A stretch of 64,000 nucleotides of DNA, the filler included, from Diploschistes diacapsis (taxonomy: Eukaryota): NCBI GenBank assembly GCA_023645945.1. It is 27 parts of 27 records of this genome, joined end to end, with 100 filler letters (N's around TTAATTAATTAA, not from the genome) between each part and the next. Parts side by side here need not be neighbours in the genome. Positions count along the whole stretch, not along the records: positions 1 to 18,024 come from JALAIB010000428.1; 26 more parts are not named here. One strand, written 5' to 3'. Positions 1-12,216 of this stretch are shown here, one piece after another; the first letter of the stretch is position 1, and every line of letters begins with the position of its first letter. A model generated the notes under the pieces. The model was not told where the DNA came from. It worked only from the letters and a program-made list of their open reading frames with translations, and did no database searches. The translations under genes and the position numbers were made by a program.

Positions 1-59
1 AAAGAATTTAAAGAAAACCTCCAAACAGTTCAGCACTATGATGTGGAAAAAGGGCCGGC

Positions 60-1348
60 CTATAACAGACCGCAGTCTCGCAGATTCTCCTGGATAATGA
101 TATCTGTTGGTTCTATCAGTCGAGTCCAAATCAGAGATGCGGTACAGGTGGATCGTTACCGTTCACAGCAGCCATGACGAAGCGGATCTGTGTAGTATCC
201 GTGGCACAGGTAAAGTGCGTGTAGATTTGCTTGGTCTCGTGCTGGTTGAGAGAGACGAAACGGTTCAGGATGTAGTCGCATGCGGCGGCGTAGTCGGGTC
301 CACCTTGGATCATAGTTAAATCTCTGTAAGATAGTGAGCGTTCAAGTGAGAAGACTTGCCTTCGTAATCAGGGAAATAGTTCTTCATGGGGCTGACGGGA
401 AGCTTCTCCTTGAATCGGTCGATCTTGTTCAAGAATAAGATGATCGAGGTCCTTACGAACCAACGAGAGTTGCAGATGGAGTCGAAGAGTGTAAGCGCCT
501 CTTGCATTCGGTTGACGGTTTCATCTTCGAAGAGGAGCTGGTCGTACTCGGAAATGGCGACGAGGAAGAGGATGGTGGTGACATTCTCGAAGCAGTGGAT
601 CCACTTCTTCCGTTCGGACCGCTGACCGCCGACATCGAACATGCGGTAGGTGAGTTCCCCGATGATGAAGGTAGTCTCGGTAATGCCAGTCGTCTTGACG
701 CGAGAACGAAGAACATCTTGATCGTTGGGTAGATAGTCTGGTTGGGCGATCCGAGTGATATTGTCAAAGTAACTGGATACTGGATCAGCAACAGCGGCCC
801 GGTAGGGGTTTCGTAGGACGACAAAAATAACTGACTATTTGGCAGAATCATTCAGTTGGTATTCGCGCGACCTCTTGAAGCAGGACTGAACTCCAACATC
901 CTTCCAAAGTGCATCAATAGCATTGCCAACTTCCGGAGGCAAGCATTCGCCTTCGATCTGGGTAGGCTGCATAAAGATTGTCTGGACATGATACTCGGCG
1001 CGCTGGTCGTCGAGGGGCAGTTCAAGCGTCTCCATGGCCTCAAGGATGACCCTCATCGACTGAACGGTGTTGCTAAAGATGATCTCCTTGAACGAATCTT
1101 TTTCGTCCCTGGAATAACTGCCTTCGTGGATGAGCTTCATCTGCTTGAGGATAGTGGATTTGCCAGATTCTCCGGCACCTGAAGGCTGTCAATGCTTGGA
1201 AAGACGGTATGCGTGACGAGATGGACTTACCCAAAAGAAGCATCTTGATCTCATTGCGCTGAGACATGCGATCTTTTCTGAGCTGGGTCTCGATTTCCTC
1301 GTTCCTCTGCCTTCCCTCCTTCTCCTCGACACTCATACCACAGCCCAT
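60..1348 (-). CDS. gna1: Heterotrimeric G protein alpha subunit, group I (FadA/GNA-1 type), 353 aa, 5 exons: 1348-1231, 1178-836, 772-360, 303-160, 103-60
   Basis: MGCGMS myristoylation start, [10 protein letters not shown]-loop, [22 protein letters not shown] and C-terminal ENLRDCGLL*. The exons sum to 1062 nt, with three GT-AG introns and one GC-AG intron. Confidence 0.97.
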
Positions 1349-1836
1349 GACGACGGTGAATATCTAAGAAGAGGCCTCAAAGGGAACTCTGGAGACAAAT
1401 GCTGGCAAAGATGGGAGTACGCTGGTTAGTACGGGGGTCAAGACGAGGTGCCAACTCCTCCAAGACGCGCCTATTGGGAAATTTGCCGGCTGGGCTGCCG
1501 GGTAGAGGCTGTAAGTTGAAGCTGGCCGTTGACGATCACGTCTGTGCGGCGGAGAGAAGACAAAGGTGCGACAGTAAAATGGGTATTAAAAAGTGTAAAA
1601 AAGAATATGGGAAGAAGATTGCTCAACTCAACAACGTGCGAAAGAAAGCGATGGGAAAGTTAAGATGGTGAAAAAAACCCGACCGGGGGAGGCTAACTAG
1701 GCTAAGAAGGAGGGAGGAGGGGTGGAAGGGCAGGCTAGGAAGTGAGACTCGACCCAGCAGCAGCGGCTTCGAGTTCAAGTATCAAGTTATTTAGTACTAG
1801 CAGCGAACGAACACTAGCATAGTATAGTAGAACATA

Positions 1837-1878
1837 GGCATGGGCATGGGCATGGGCATGGGCATGGCTGGGCATGGG
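1837..1878. repeat. (GGCATG)n hexamer microsatellite upstream of the G-alpha gene
   Basis: ggcatgggcatgggcatgggcatgggcatgg read directly. Confidence 0.85.
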
Positions 1879-2448
1879 TATATGGGGGACGGAGGAACGA
1901 AATGGAAGAGCAGGCTTGCCACTAGTACCTTTCAAGTTACCAGTGACACCCCAGGTGTTGTCTATCATCTATGCTAGTTACTATGTACTTTGAATGCTTC
2001 ATTCCCCCTGCATTCAATTCAATGCTTGGTTAGGTAATAGAGAACAGTTCTGTTCCTTTCGTCCTGAAGAAGTGATGGTGCTTAAGAAGCTGACTGTCCT
2101 TTCACCTGAGTGTACAGGCTGATGGCTGGCTTTATGCAGGAACTTCAGCAATTAGACAAAGTTGGATATGCGAAGCAAGGGGCGTTGGTTGTGGATATAG
2201 ATCAGGTCAGGCCAAGAGTCCCGCCTGCAGTAAAGAGTAAAGAGTAAATTTGGTACAAATTCAAAGTAGGTTTTGCAGTGAAGCTGACGAGTTTCAGCTT
2301 TGTGTATCGTATTGCTGGAAACCTCGCCTTGGCCTTGGCATTCCTAGCGTCGAATTATTTATTTATTACCAGGGAAATTACAGGAACAATTCACTAGTCA
2401 TCATCTCTCACTTCTTTTCCGCTGTCTCTCTGTGGCACTTCAACTCAT

Positions 2449-2506
2449 TTCAAGGCTTCAAGGCTTCAAGGCTTCAAGGCTCCATTCGAGGCTCCATTCG
2501 AGGCTC
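2449..2506. repeat. Short tandem repeats: (TTCAAGGC)x4 followed by (TCCATTCGAGGC)x2
   Basis: Read directly from the sequence. Confidence 0.8.
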
Positions 2507-3983
2507 CTCTGTGTCACCACTCTGCAACAATACGTCAAAGAGAACGCTATGAGGGCAACCATCCACTGTACTTCTAGTTGCCATTCATTCAAGACGAATT
2601 ATTGGAATTATTGGGCTGAGATCGGTCGGTAACCAACAAGCTAATTTTCAGCCTCTGCAGGCAATCCGCCTCCACAGCTTCCGAAACATGGCCAACAACC
2701 TTATTCACGCTTGCGTTATCCGAACCAGAGGCACAATTCAAGCATAACCTATGTATACTACTCATCTACTAAGTGCTAGTCAAATATCTCGATGCCCCCA
2801 GCATCAGCGCTGACCCAAGCCTTTTCAGATACAGTAAGACTGTGCCATGCCTGTGCAAATTACTCGAACATACACATACCCCCTGCTTACAACTCGTGGT
2901 TGCATCAGCCATCACTTTCAACTGTCATGATGGAGTGCCCCCGGCATGCCTTACGCACATGAATTTCTCCCACTTCTCAGCATATAGAAAACAGTAACAC
3001 AGGCACCGTAGAATGGCCAGAAGTGTATCGTAGTAGTCGGAACCAGATCCGAAGTAACAGTATCTCTCACAATAACCTAGTTTTTCCGCAGCGGAATTCA
3101 AGGGGCTTACATCGCGAGATTTCCGTTCCACCATCTTCCCAACACCAATCAAAAACACGCACTCGAAAGTTGCAACACACACACACACACATACATGGCG
3201 GCAGCGTCACAGACTGCAACACGCATTCTAAGAATAACAGCAAGGAGGCAAGAAAAGAAAAAAGAAAAAACCCACGTGGTGTTTCTCAAGAAAAGGGGGG
3301 GGGGGAAGGGGATGGGAAGCGCCGCCACAACGCACTACTGTGCACAGCGAATCACAAGCCCGGGCCCCCCTTTTCTCTCTCAACTTCTTTTTCAGCCCCT
3401 CAGCCCAAGGGGCTTTTTCCCATAATGCGTATATTCAGGCAAGAGCGGTCAGCGACAAAACAACCCGCACCCTTTTTCTTTATGGCCTGCAAAGCACGCT
3501 GCTGCTGCTGCTGCTGCGCGATGGCGCTTGCAGGGGGAGACTTCCCACGTGGTTTTTTCTGGTCCCATTCCATTGCATAGTTGTATTCCCCAAATTGTGT
3601 GTAGCTAGCTACAGATTTACAAAATAAAAAAAGGTATAACTGCCAAGCCATCGGCTTTGACACTTAACTCCGTAGGAAAAAGTGGGCTTGGCCGAGTGGC
3701 TTGGCCGAGTGGCTTGGTGGAGGTACTTGGGTAGCTCTCCCCGTCCGGGGCGGGGGAACCATGCACTTCACTCTTGACGAGCGAGCGAGCGGGAACAAAT
3801 GGCTTCTTTGACAGGAGCAGCGGATGATGGTTAGTATATTTGCTGTTTACAACTCCTTGGTTACCTATACTACCTTGTTACTGCCTAGGTGATTTTTTCT
3901 GACATGTCACTCTCGTTCCGCGACACCTGCCTGGTACAGGTTTTTCAACATTGGAGTTATCAATATGTGAGGGCAAGCCATAA

Positions 3984-5090
3984 TCAGTGCTCTATCCCGG
4001 AGCTTCTTCCTTCGACCCTCTCCTCCCGCTCCTCCTGGTGGTCTTTCCCGCTTCCGCCGCCCAACCATCCGAACCAGCCCCCACTTCCGCTTCCACCCCT
4101 CTGGTGTCCTCCCACACCAGGAGCCTCCCTCGGCTCCTCGGCGTTTCCATTCCCCGCCTCGTCCCTCTCCACCCTCTCGAAATCCCCCTCGCTCCGGCTC
4201 TTCGTCAAACCTCCCGGCCCCTGCTCCATCCTCCTCTCGACATCCTTCTGCATCTCCAGCTCTCCCGCCTCCCTGTCCAATGCACCGAGCAGAACCAGCA
4301 ACTTCTCCCTCTGAGCACCGACGAACTCCACCCGCTCCGACACGGACTTGAGATGCGGCGGGACCAAAGCGCCCGAGTGCGCTAGGGAATCAATCTGTGC
4401 ATCCCTCGCCGCAGCCGAAGGCGTCATGGAAGGATTGATCCCCAGCGTGGACGCCGCCGTGGAAAGCAGCGTGTACAGATCCCCCGCGGGGCTCGTGTTC
4501 GCCGCCGCACTTGGCGCCGGTGCCGGCGTGGAGAACCGCGCCATGAGCCCGGACACGTAGCTCTCTGCACTCCGGGGCTGGGGTCTGGGCTGGCGCTGTT
4601 GCTCCGCCTGGCTTGGGACGTGCAGCACATTTGCCTTCACCCACTCCACCGCCTGCCACGCGTAGTCCAGCCCATTGTCCCTGAGCTTCCGGTGTGTGTC
4701 CGCGATCAGCCGGTCGATCCTGTGCTCGTTGTCGACGAAGAAGGGCTCGATGTAGGAGGCGTACAGGTAGCGCGCCCCCTGCGTTTGGGGGAGCACGAGG
4801 TAGAGCAGAAAGCCCAGGCGGAGGGTGCCGTAGAGGGGCAGCCAGCTGATTAGGGGCGTGTAGGATTCGACAAGGAGGAAGAGAGAGAGGGTCGACCAGT
4901 ATTGGAGCCAGGGGATTAAGAGCTGTGGGGTCGGGGCACGGAGGGACTTGTAGGTGAAGTAGAGGGGGAGGAGGGTGGAGACGACGGCTCTGCATTGGGG
5001 TGAGAGTTGGTTCTGGGGGTTGGAGAAAAGGAAAGAAGGGGCAGGAGAGGGAGGAGCATACGAGATGAGGTTTGGTATGAGGTCGAACAT
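3984..5090 (-). CDS. TB2/DP1/HVA22 (REEP/Yop1-like) ER-shaping membrane protein, ~344 aa; exons 5090-5062 and 4989-3984
   Basis: PWLQYW...SWLPLYGTLRLGFLLYLVLPQTQGARYLYASYIEPF is the HVA22/REEP signature. The 72-nt gtatgc...cag intron is in frame. Confidence 0.9.
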   Translation of the reverse strand: MFDLIPNLISYAPPSPAPSFLFSNPQNQLSPQCRAVVSTLLPLYFTYKSLRAPTPQLLIPWLQYWSTLSLFLLVESYTPLISWLPLYGTLRLGFLLYLVLPQTQGARYLYASYIEPFFVDNEHRIDRLIADTHRKLRDNGLDYAWQAVEWVKANVLHVPSQAEQQRQPRPQPRSAESYVSGLMARFSTPAPAPSAAANTSPAGDLYTLLSTAASTLGINPSMTPSAAARDAQIDSLAHSGALVPPHLKSVSERVEFVGAQREKLLVLLGALDREAGELEMQKDVERRMEQGPGGLTKSRSEGDFERVERDEAGNGNAEEPREAPGVGGHQRGGSGSGGWFGWLGGGSGKDHQEEREERVEGRSSGIEH

Positions 5091-5495
5091 GGCTGGGTGC
5101 TTTGCTCAGGCGATTAAGAATAAGAGACGGCTTGCGTAAAGCACTCGGTCAAGGCCAAGGTGTGTGTTTGCGGAAAGAAGGCGCTGGGCCAGGTACAAGT
5201 ATTTCGGGGTACAAGCAATTCTGGTCACACGTTTTGTGCTAAAGGGTTCGTGATGGGTATGGTTGCCCTGCACCTGCAGTAGCTTGTTGTCATCTGGTCA
5301 ACCAGCCAGGAGGAAACAGTTATCGCGTGCAGCCCGCCTGCTTACGTATTCAAGATGCTGACCCCGCCATCCCCCGGATCGAGGTGGATTTGATGATGCC
5401 TTGAACATTTGGACACCCGTGTTTGCTTACTTCTTCTTATCTATCCTTTATTCCATAGTATCACTGCCAGCATTAATTAATGAATCCTATGCAGC

Positions 5496-6501
5496 ATGTG
5501 CATTGTGCTCATCTCCACCGAGCACCCACAATATCCGCTTATCCTAGCAAGCAATCGAGACGTAGGCTGTACTCCGTGTTCTTTGGCGCGGGAGTCGGCA
5601 AAGCTTACAAGCTGAGCAGATGAGTTAGGAACACCTTGCTCGGCCCACCGCCGCTGCTGCCTACTGGGATCCGCCTCACCAGCATGTTTTGGGCGGCCGT
5701 GATCTCTTCCGCCCTGTCAAGGGCACATGGCTGGGACTTACAAAGGATGGGCGCATAGCTACCCTTACGAATTTCCGTGAAGATCAACAAGCCCAGACAG
5801 AGGTGTCGAGAGGAGCTATGGTCAATGCCTTTCTCACGCCTTCGCCGGAAGAAGTAGGGGATACGGAGACCTTCGTCAAACGTTTGATTGGCGGTGAAGG
5901 GGCGAGAGGTTCTGGAGGATTCAGCTTGGTTTGCGGGCGCATTGGGCAGCCGCTTGCTGTGGTATCGAACCGTATGCAGAAAGAGGGAGAGGTCAAGTGG
6001 ATCGGCAAGGACAAAGCAGAGACCGTAGGTCTAAGCAATGCAACGTTTGGCGATCGAAGCTGGGACAAGGTTGCTGGTGGGGAGCAGAGGATGCAAGAAC
6101 TCTTGAAGAACTCTCAAGAAACCCAAGCAAAAAAGGAAGAGATTATCGAAGGCCTCCTAAGGCTTTTGTCAATCGACACCCTGCCAAAACACGAGGAAGG
6201 CGAATGCTGGATCTCTCGCGTGAGGCAGCTCAGGAGGAGTATCTTCATACCGCGAGTAGGCCATGAGGATGGAACAGAAGCGCAAGCGATCGCTGCTGCG
6301 GACCATGATGCGAAGGTGACCGAAGAGAAGGCAACTAGCGGGGCGTACGGCACTCAAAAGCAAACGGTAGTGCTGGTGGATCAAGAGGGTTTGATCACCT
6401 TCGTGGAGAAGTCCCTCTATGATGAGGAAGGCCAAGATATCAGTCGTGATCCACGTAATGTTCGCAAGTTTGAGCTTAAGATAGACTTTAGCCGAAAATG
6501 A
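5496..6501 (+). CDS. TANGO2: TANGO2/NRDE (DUF833) family protein, ~312 aa; exons 5496-5561 and 5629-6501
   Basis: MCIVLIST..PLILASNRD|EHLARPT, GGRDL, GTWLGLT, TLTNFRE, SRG, GLSN and YGTQKQTVVLVD. Confidence 0.92.
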
Positions 6502-7139
6502 ATGTTATTCCCTAAGCCTGCCATGACAAGAAGCCATGATCTAAAGACAACAAACGGAGGTGATTGTTTGGATGTTTTTCTTCGATCTTGCCTACCTAGC
6601 AAACCTTACGCAGGAGCAAGCACTCAGTCTAGGAGATCTTTAGATGGATAGACGACTTTGTTTGGATACAATGTGTCTCTCTTAACTTCACGAGCCTGAT
6701 ATTATGTTACTAGTTCTGAATTCGCCACAATTTAATCCTGCTGGATTCAATTCGTCATCTGCGTTGCGCTGATATGGGCTTCATTGCTTATGCAGAACAG
6801 ACAACGTTCGCCTTACGATCCTGTGCTTCCTGATTGCAGTCGCCGCAGGAAAAGAGGACGGAGATAAAGCAAGCAACGCTTGATGCCTGCTGTAATGGTC
6901 CGGGTAATGTCAGCTGCAAATTGGGAACGCAAAGCTCTAAACACAATGAGGTTGCCTTGCACTCGTTTTCCTTTTCCAGATAGTTTGCTCCAGTGCGTGC
7001 AAGCTCGGGGTTGACTTATATATATATAGGATATATTATCAACGCTCGTTCACCGAATAGATGACACAATCCATACTCCATTTGCCATAAGGCCTTGCTC
7101 CTAGACTCAACCGGGCATTCAGACCAACATCTTTAAGAC

Positions 7140-7775
7140 ATGAATATCCCTAATTTCCCAAATGTTCCTAATCACCTTTGGGATCCACATAATCGCCAGA
7201 TAGACGGATACCAGCCAGCATGGAGACCGGACATGGGAAAACGGTGGAGACCCGGCCAGAGCAAGATGGCCTACATCTGGCCGAGAGACAAGAAGATGAA
7301 GGGGCCTCCTCAGAAGAGCTGGCAGCGTTGGAAGGACATCTTGACAGGCAAAGGGCCCGCAATCTTCGTGGGTGATCGAACACAATGGGGGCCGACCAGA
7401 GAAGTCTGGTCTAATTGGCTCGACCTCGATAACCTCTGGTATATGAATCCAGCGGAAGACAGAACCGAGCAATGGAACCCGTGGAAAGGCAAGAAATACG
7501 ACTTCAACAGACGAAGGTACACTCAGAATTGGGACCATCCAGCAGTATGGAGCGATGTCAAATGGGGCAAAGACCCTTTGCAGCGTGGTACCAACCGCAG
7601 AGACTTTCCCATGTATGTCCGCCATTTTGATGGGCAAGAGTGGACGGCTCGGAACGGATATGTGCGGTACGGCGATGTAGGGCCTAATGGGAATGATTTT
7701 CGTTATAACTATGCTTCGCGGTTTTGGAACTGGGCAGCACCCGAACCACGCGGGTTTTGGGAACATTTTGAATAA
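7140..7775 (+). CDS. Hypothetical Trp/Pro/Arg-rich protein, 211 aa, intronless
   Basis: ATG-initiated ORF with 19 Trp and no Cys, a (TA)n TATA-like tract at ~7017-7028, and occupying an otherwise empty interval. Confidence 0.7.
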   Translation: MNIPNFPNVPNHLWDPHNRQIDGYQPAWRPDMGKRWRPGQSKMAYIWPRDKKMKGPPQKSWQRWKDILTGKGPAIFVGDRTQWGPTREVWSNWLDLDNLWYMNPAEDRTEQWNPWKGKKYDFNRRRYTQNWDHPAVWSDVKWGKDPLQRGTNRRDFPMYVRHFDGQEWTARNGYVRYGDVGPNGNDFRYNYASRFWNWAAPEPRGFWEHFE

Positions 7776-7777
7776 CA

Positions 7778-8842
7778 TTAGCCTGTGGCACATCCAAGGT
7801 GAAGAGCCTCCCAATCTTTCAAAGAAAGACCGCTGACACCGGTAGATTTGAGGAATCTGACTACGGGGAATTGTCCTTCCCGATCCATCAATCTATGGCA
7901 TTTCTGACAAGGCTGTGTCTTGACGTGCGAGTACACTGAGATCATGTCCTGTAGCAACTTCAATAATCAACGTCAGCAACGCTGGGGGTGAAGAGCCTAC
8001 CAGAGTATGGTGGAGGTCATCCATTTTCTCTCTCCTGGAGAATGCCTGCGTGATGCCAGTAGAGAGCCTTGTGGGTTTTCCTGACTTTCCCGTTTCCTCA
8101 CACGATACATTGTACGTAGAGACGTTGTTCACCCCTTCCTGACTGGCCTGGACACGAAATGTTATCCTTGCAGGCGGCGGCAGCGATACCTATACAGTTA
8201 GCATTCTACGTACTCATATAGCCACAGCACATAACTCACCTTAATCACCCCCTCCTCAACCCCAACCTCCATTCCTGGATTCCTCTTCCTGAACCCCTCC
8301 ACAACCTCTTCTCTCCCCTCTGATTCAGCTTCCTTTCCTTCCACAATCTCCTCAACTTTAATGCTACCCTCCCTCTTGATCTCCTCTCTCGCTAGCCTAC
8401 TCACAGCAACTGGCCTCTCCAGCCAATCCTCATGCTGCGCCGCCAGCCACCCAATGACACCCTCAGGATGCTCTGCTTTACTCACTTTCGCCCTCTCCAG
8501 CGCTACACGCACATCTGGCTCCCGTGCGGACTTGGCAAAGTCGCGCACATTGTTGACAGCGCCTGTAGCAGCCTTAGCGAACTCGGCGTAGACAGTTTCC
8601 GGGGATGAGAGTTCGGCGCGCAGAGGGCGCAGAAGGGAGGGGACAGTGTCGCGGAGGTTGCGGAGCTATAGTGAGAATGGATGGTTAGAAGGGTGTTTTC
8701 CGATGAAGCTTGAGGAAGGAGCGGTTCGGGTTACTTGGATGTGGGTGGCCTGGAGCTTGGCCAGGGCAGCGTTGAGGCGGGCTTCGTCCCAGTCGCTAGT
8801 GGAGGAGGGAGTGGCGGTGGAGGGGGCTTCGACTATTGTCAT
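7778..8842 (-). CDS. MED27: Mediator subunit 27, ~297 aa; exons 8842-8735, 8665-8240, 8189-8001, 7948-7778
   Basis: WDEARLNAALAKL..HIQLRNLRDTVPSLLRPL N-terminus; C-terminal DMISVY...CQKCHRL...PVVR...WEALHLGC zinc motif. All introns are GT-AG and frame-consistent. Confidence 0.85.
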
Positions 8843-9698
8843 TTGGGCTTGAGGTTGTTTGTAAAGGTAGTATGTCGATGGATTTCTGAGATTGATGCTG
8901 GGTTGGGGGAAGCTCACAGCCCGGGTTATTAGCGTAAAGCAGCTTTCGGAAAGCCTTTTTTTGCCAGCAGTAGACTAGGAGAGATTGCACTAGTAGCTCG
9001 CGATCAGGGACCGCACTTTACTCTACTATGGGAATACCTCCGGAGGTATAAAGGAACCTAAGGGACGCATGCTTCACACCTCCGTAATCTAGTAATGCTT
9101 ATAACTAAGGAGGCTGTTTGCAGAGATTAGGCTTCGAGACTTCAACCATACATTCGTGGACGGCCTGGAGGGCTCTAATAGGGACTAAAAACTATGGCCT
9201 GCCCCTGTTCTGCTGACAGAGTAGAAATGCCACAATAAAGACCATGTCCATCCTTTAGTAAAATGTTTCCTTATCTCATCCGGCCTCGTGAATAGGCCCT
9301 ACATCATCTTTTCTGTGGGCTCAATGCACAGTTTCGAGCGGAAAGGTAGGATGACTGGAGAGTACCTATTCTCTATATCCTCGACCGTACGAGGACTCCA
9401 ACCTACCTAAGCGGAGGCCTGTTCCTAAAGAAGATGCGACTTTCCCCTACGTTGGATCCGATTAGGCCCTCTACTAGAAGCCAACCCTTTGCCTCTTTAC
9501 CTCCCATGAGGCGTTTTGATGGATTTGGTGCAAACACTCGTAAGAATCCCTAACCTTTCGGGTCTATCAAATACACACCTAATTTAGCAAGCATAGCTGA
9601 ATCCTCCAGTAAACTTTGGATGAGCAAATCAACGCTATCAATGCTGATCTATCGTGGAGAGCTCCCAATGGCCCAAGTAAGTGATACATATCTAGGAG

Positions 9699-10981
9699 CT
9701 AGCGGTATCCATGGCCTCTAGATCTGTAGCCATACATCTGATCGCTGTAGAGTCGATTCGGTTCCGCAGGTCGGCGGCTGGGTCCGCTGCGGTATCGGTT
9801 ATCACGCCCTCCGTAGTCACCCCGATCGGGCCGTGCGTCTCGAGAATAGCCCTGTCTGTAGCCATATCTCTGTCTCTCTCTGTGATCGTCAACGTACCTA
9901 TTCCCTTCTTCAACGTGTTCATTGTGAGGCTCGTGGCTGGTTTCGCTACGAGAGGGCTCCACCTGTACTGCTCTCTGTTCATCCGCATCTACTTCCATTT
10001 CGTCTTCTTTTGAGTCGAATCCATACCGGCCGTCTTGATACTCAGGCTCCGCACGCCTGTTATCCGGCGAGCGCGATATGTAGCTTCTGCTTCTGGGCTT
10101 CTCTGATATCAGTTCCCGCGACTCTCGGCTTTCTGGGGCGGCAGTTAACACTTGGGGAGGCGGAACAGGCGCTGAAGCAGGCTCTGCTTCAGGCTGCTTT
10201 GTTGGGGGTCCATCTTTGTGGTAGACTTTCAGAAGACGGCCGTCAGCCTAAAGTAGGTCAGCGAGCGCGCCTGGACATGGTTCATAGCACTACCTTTTGG
10301 TTGTTAAATGTTGCAACAACAGTTTCCGCGCATGCTTTATCCGCAAAGACCATCTCTGCTACAACCATCGGATGAGACGTAAGGATGTTGCAAGAAAGCA
10401 TTTCCCCAGTAATGGGCTCCATTGCAGATTGGATGTCTGCGCTGGTTGTTCCTGGTGCAAAGTTGCTACCCACAACACAGTATGGGCCTGCGGCACCCCT
10501 TATGCTAAATTCTTTGGGAGCGCCCATATTGCCATTACGGTCTTTAGTTAAGATGGGCGCATTGCGTCCCCCGGAAACCTTCTTTCGAAAGCCACGCCCG
10601 TTAACGGCCAGCTCGGCGTCTTTGTTGAGCACAGCTTGGAATTTGGTTCTCGTTATGGATGATGAAGAAGCAGCACGCTGTCCAGGCTAGAAAATCAAGT
10701 CAGCTTATTATACTAGATAATCACAGATTGCATCTTCCTTACCTTTGAGATCCTACTAGCAAGATTGTGCACAACACCGGATTTAGTACGCCCACTTGCA
10801 TGTAAGGGCGAACTTGTCCTCCTTCCCTTGCCAAAAATCTCGTTCGCTAAGCTTTCAGCTTTTTTGCGATCGCGCCCTGATCCCATGTTAATCTCAATAG
10901 CCATCGACTGCTTTTAGAAAGCTTCTACTTACCAGCCTGAATGAGATCGTCAAAGGACGGCACTTCCTGAGCGAAAGCCAT
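9699..10981 (-). CDS. RRM-like RNA-binding protein with an R/G/Y-rich C-terminus, ~374 aa; exons 10981-10933, 10876-10743, 10686-10294, 10247-9699
   Basis: SFDDLIQA..RKKAESLANEIFG; SIRGAAGPYCVVGSNFAPGTTSADIQSAM...AEMVF...FNNQKADGRLLKVY. The exons total 1125 nt. Confidence 0.85.
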
Positions 10982-12216
10982 CGATGGGCTGGTATGGGGG
11001 TTATGAGAGAAAGACAGTGACGCTCTTAGTTCATAATGACCTAGAATGCGGAGGCAAAGTCGGGGTCCTTTTGTGAACCTATTTTGTTCTACTTTGTGGA
11101 AAGTTAACACTTCGTCTACAAACCGGGCAAACAGCTAGCAGCGAGATGACCGACCCAATGCGTAAGGCTGAGCTGCGACATCCCCCCAATCATGTCCCTC
11201 ATACTCCCAGCCGGTTTAAACATCAAAATTCCTTTAGGAGGTAGTCCTTGCTGATGGCTTCGAACTCCAGTTGGGTGCCCCGTGTATAATACTGGATGAT
11301 GATCTACGTGTACTTTGTACGAGATCTCCAGCCTTGGTATACATTGTAGGAAAAGCTACCTGACGTGGAGATATGGTCTGCGCTCTCCGACTTTTTTGAA
11401 AACCGAGGATCTTCCGAAATGGACAGCATGCTATCCTAGACATAGTACTTCTTGGATGGGCAAAAGGTTTGCGGTATCCCTCTGACCGAACACGAGTACG
11501 GGCGTTTTTGACGTACGAGTGCGTCAAACCTCGAAGGTGGAGGGATCGGACACGAGGCACTCTCCTTTCTGGATGGCTACATAATGATCTTCGAAGCATC
11601 AAAAGTATAGGAAATCCGGGTATACTTAAGATCTCGCTTTAAGCTTGTTGTTTTCTTGATCAGCGGGTTCTGAGATGCCTAGGAACAACGATGGTAATCG
11701 GGAACCGTTGCTACGCCAAACCGCAGGACAGTACGTTAACTCTGGTTTCCCGATGCTTGAGATGATCTTGCTGTTATGTGCTTTTCTAGGCTATTTGTCT
11801 GCAGGCGTTCGCGCAATCAGTGGAAAAGAATTTCATGGGAGCAAATCAGCATGATTGACGTACAGTAGCGTTGAGGTTGCAACCTGTTCTTTTTACTTCA
11901 GACTAATCTAGGATATCTCCTCAAATCAGGTACTAGCTACTCGAAGCTCGTAAGTTCGGTGGCACTGCGCTTTCACGAATGTTGTTCGTTATATGATCGA
12001 CATCGCAGCCCCAGGATAGGGTCACAGGATCTCAACTGGCTTCGGTCTTCAAATACCGTCTTGGGATAGTCCATTTCGGCTATTCTTTTAGCCTCTGAGT
12101 TCTCGTGTATTCGAATCGAGGTAAAGGTCTCCTTCAAGTCTACTATTTAGCGACAACAGCTCTTATTGCCTTCGCTCTATCCTACCTATTTTGTTCTTAA
12201 ACACCTTTAATTGAAC

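Noticed and set aside
3023..3663. Several overlapping ORFs in the intergenic region upstream of G-alpha
   Set aside because: Driven by (CA)n, poly-G and (GCT)n low-complexity sequence; no protein-like signal.
7119..7814. 231-aa antisense ORF overlapping the Trp-rich gene and the MED27 end
   Set aside because: Non-ATG start and no recognisable features; most likely a shadow ORF.
11234..11602. 122-aa ORF between the RRM gene and the esterase
   Set aside because: No motif or splice support; cannot be called a gene.
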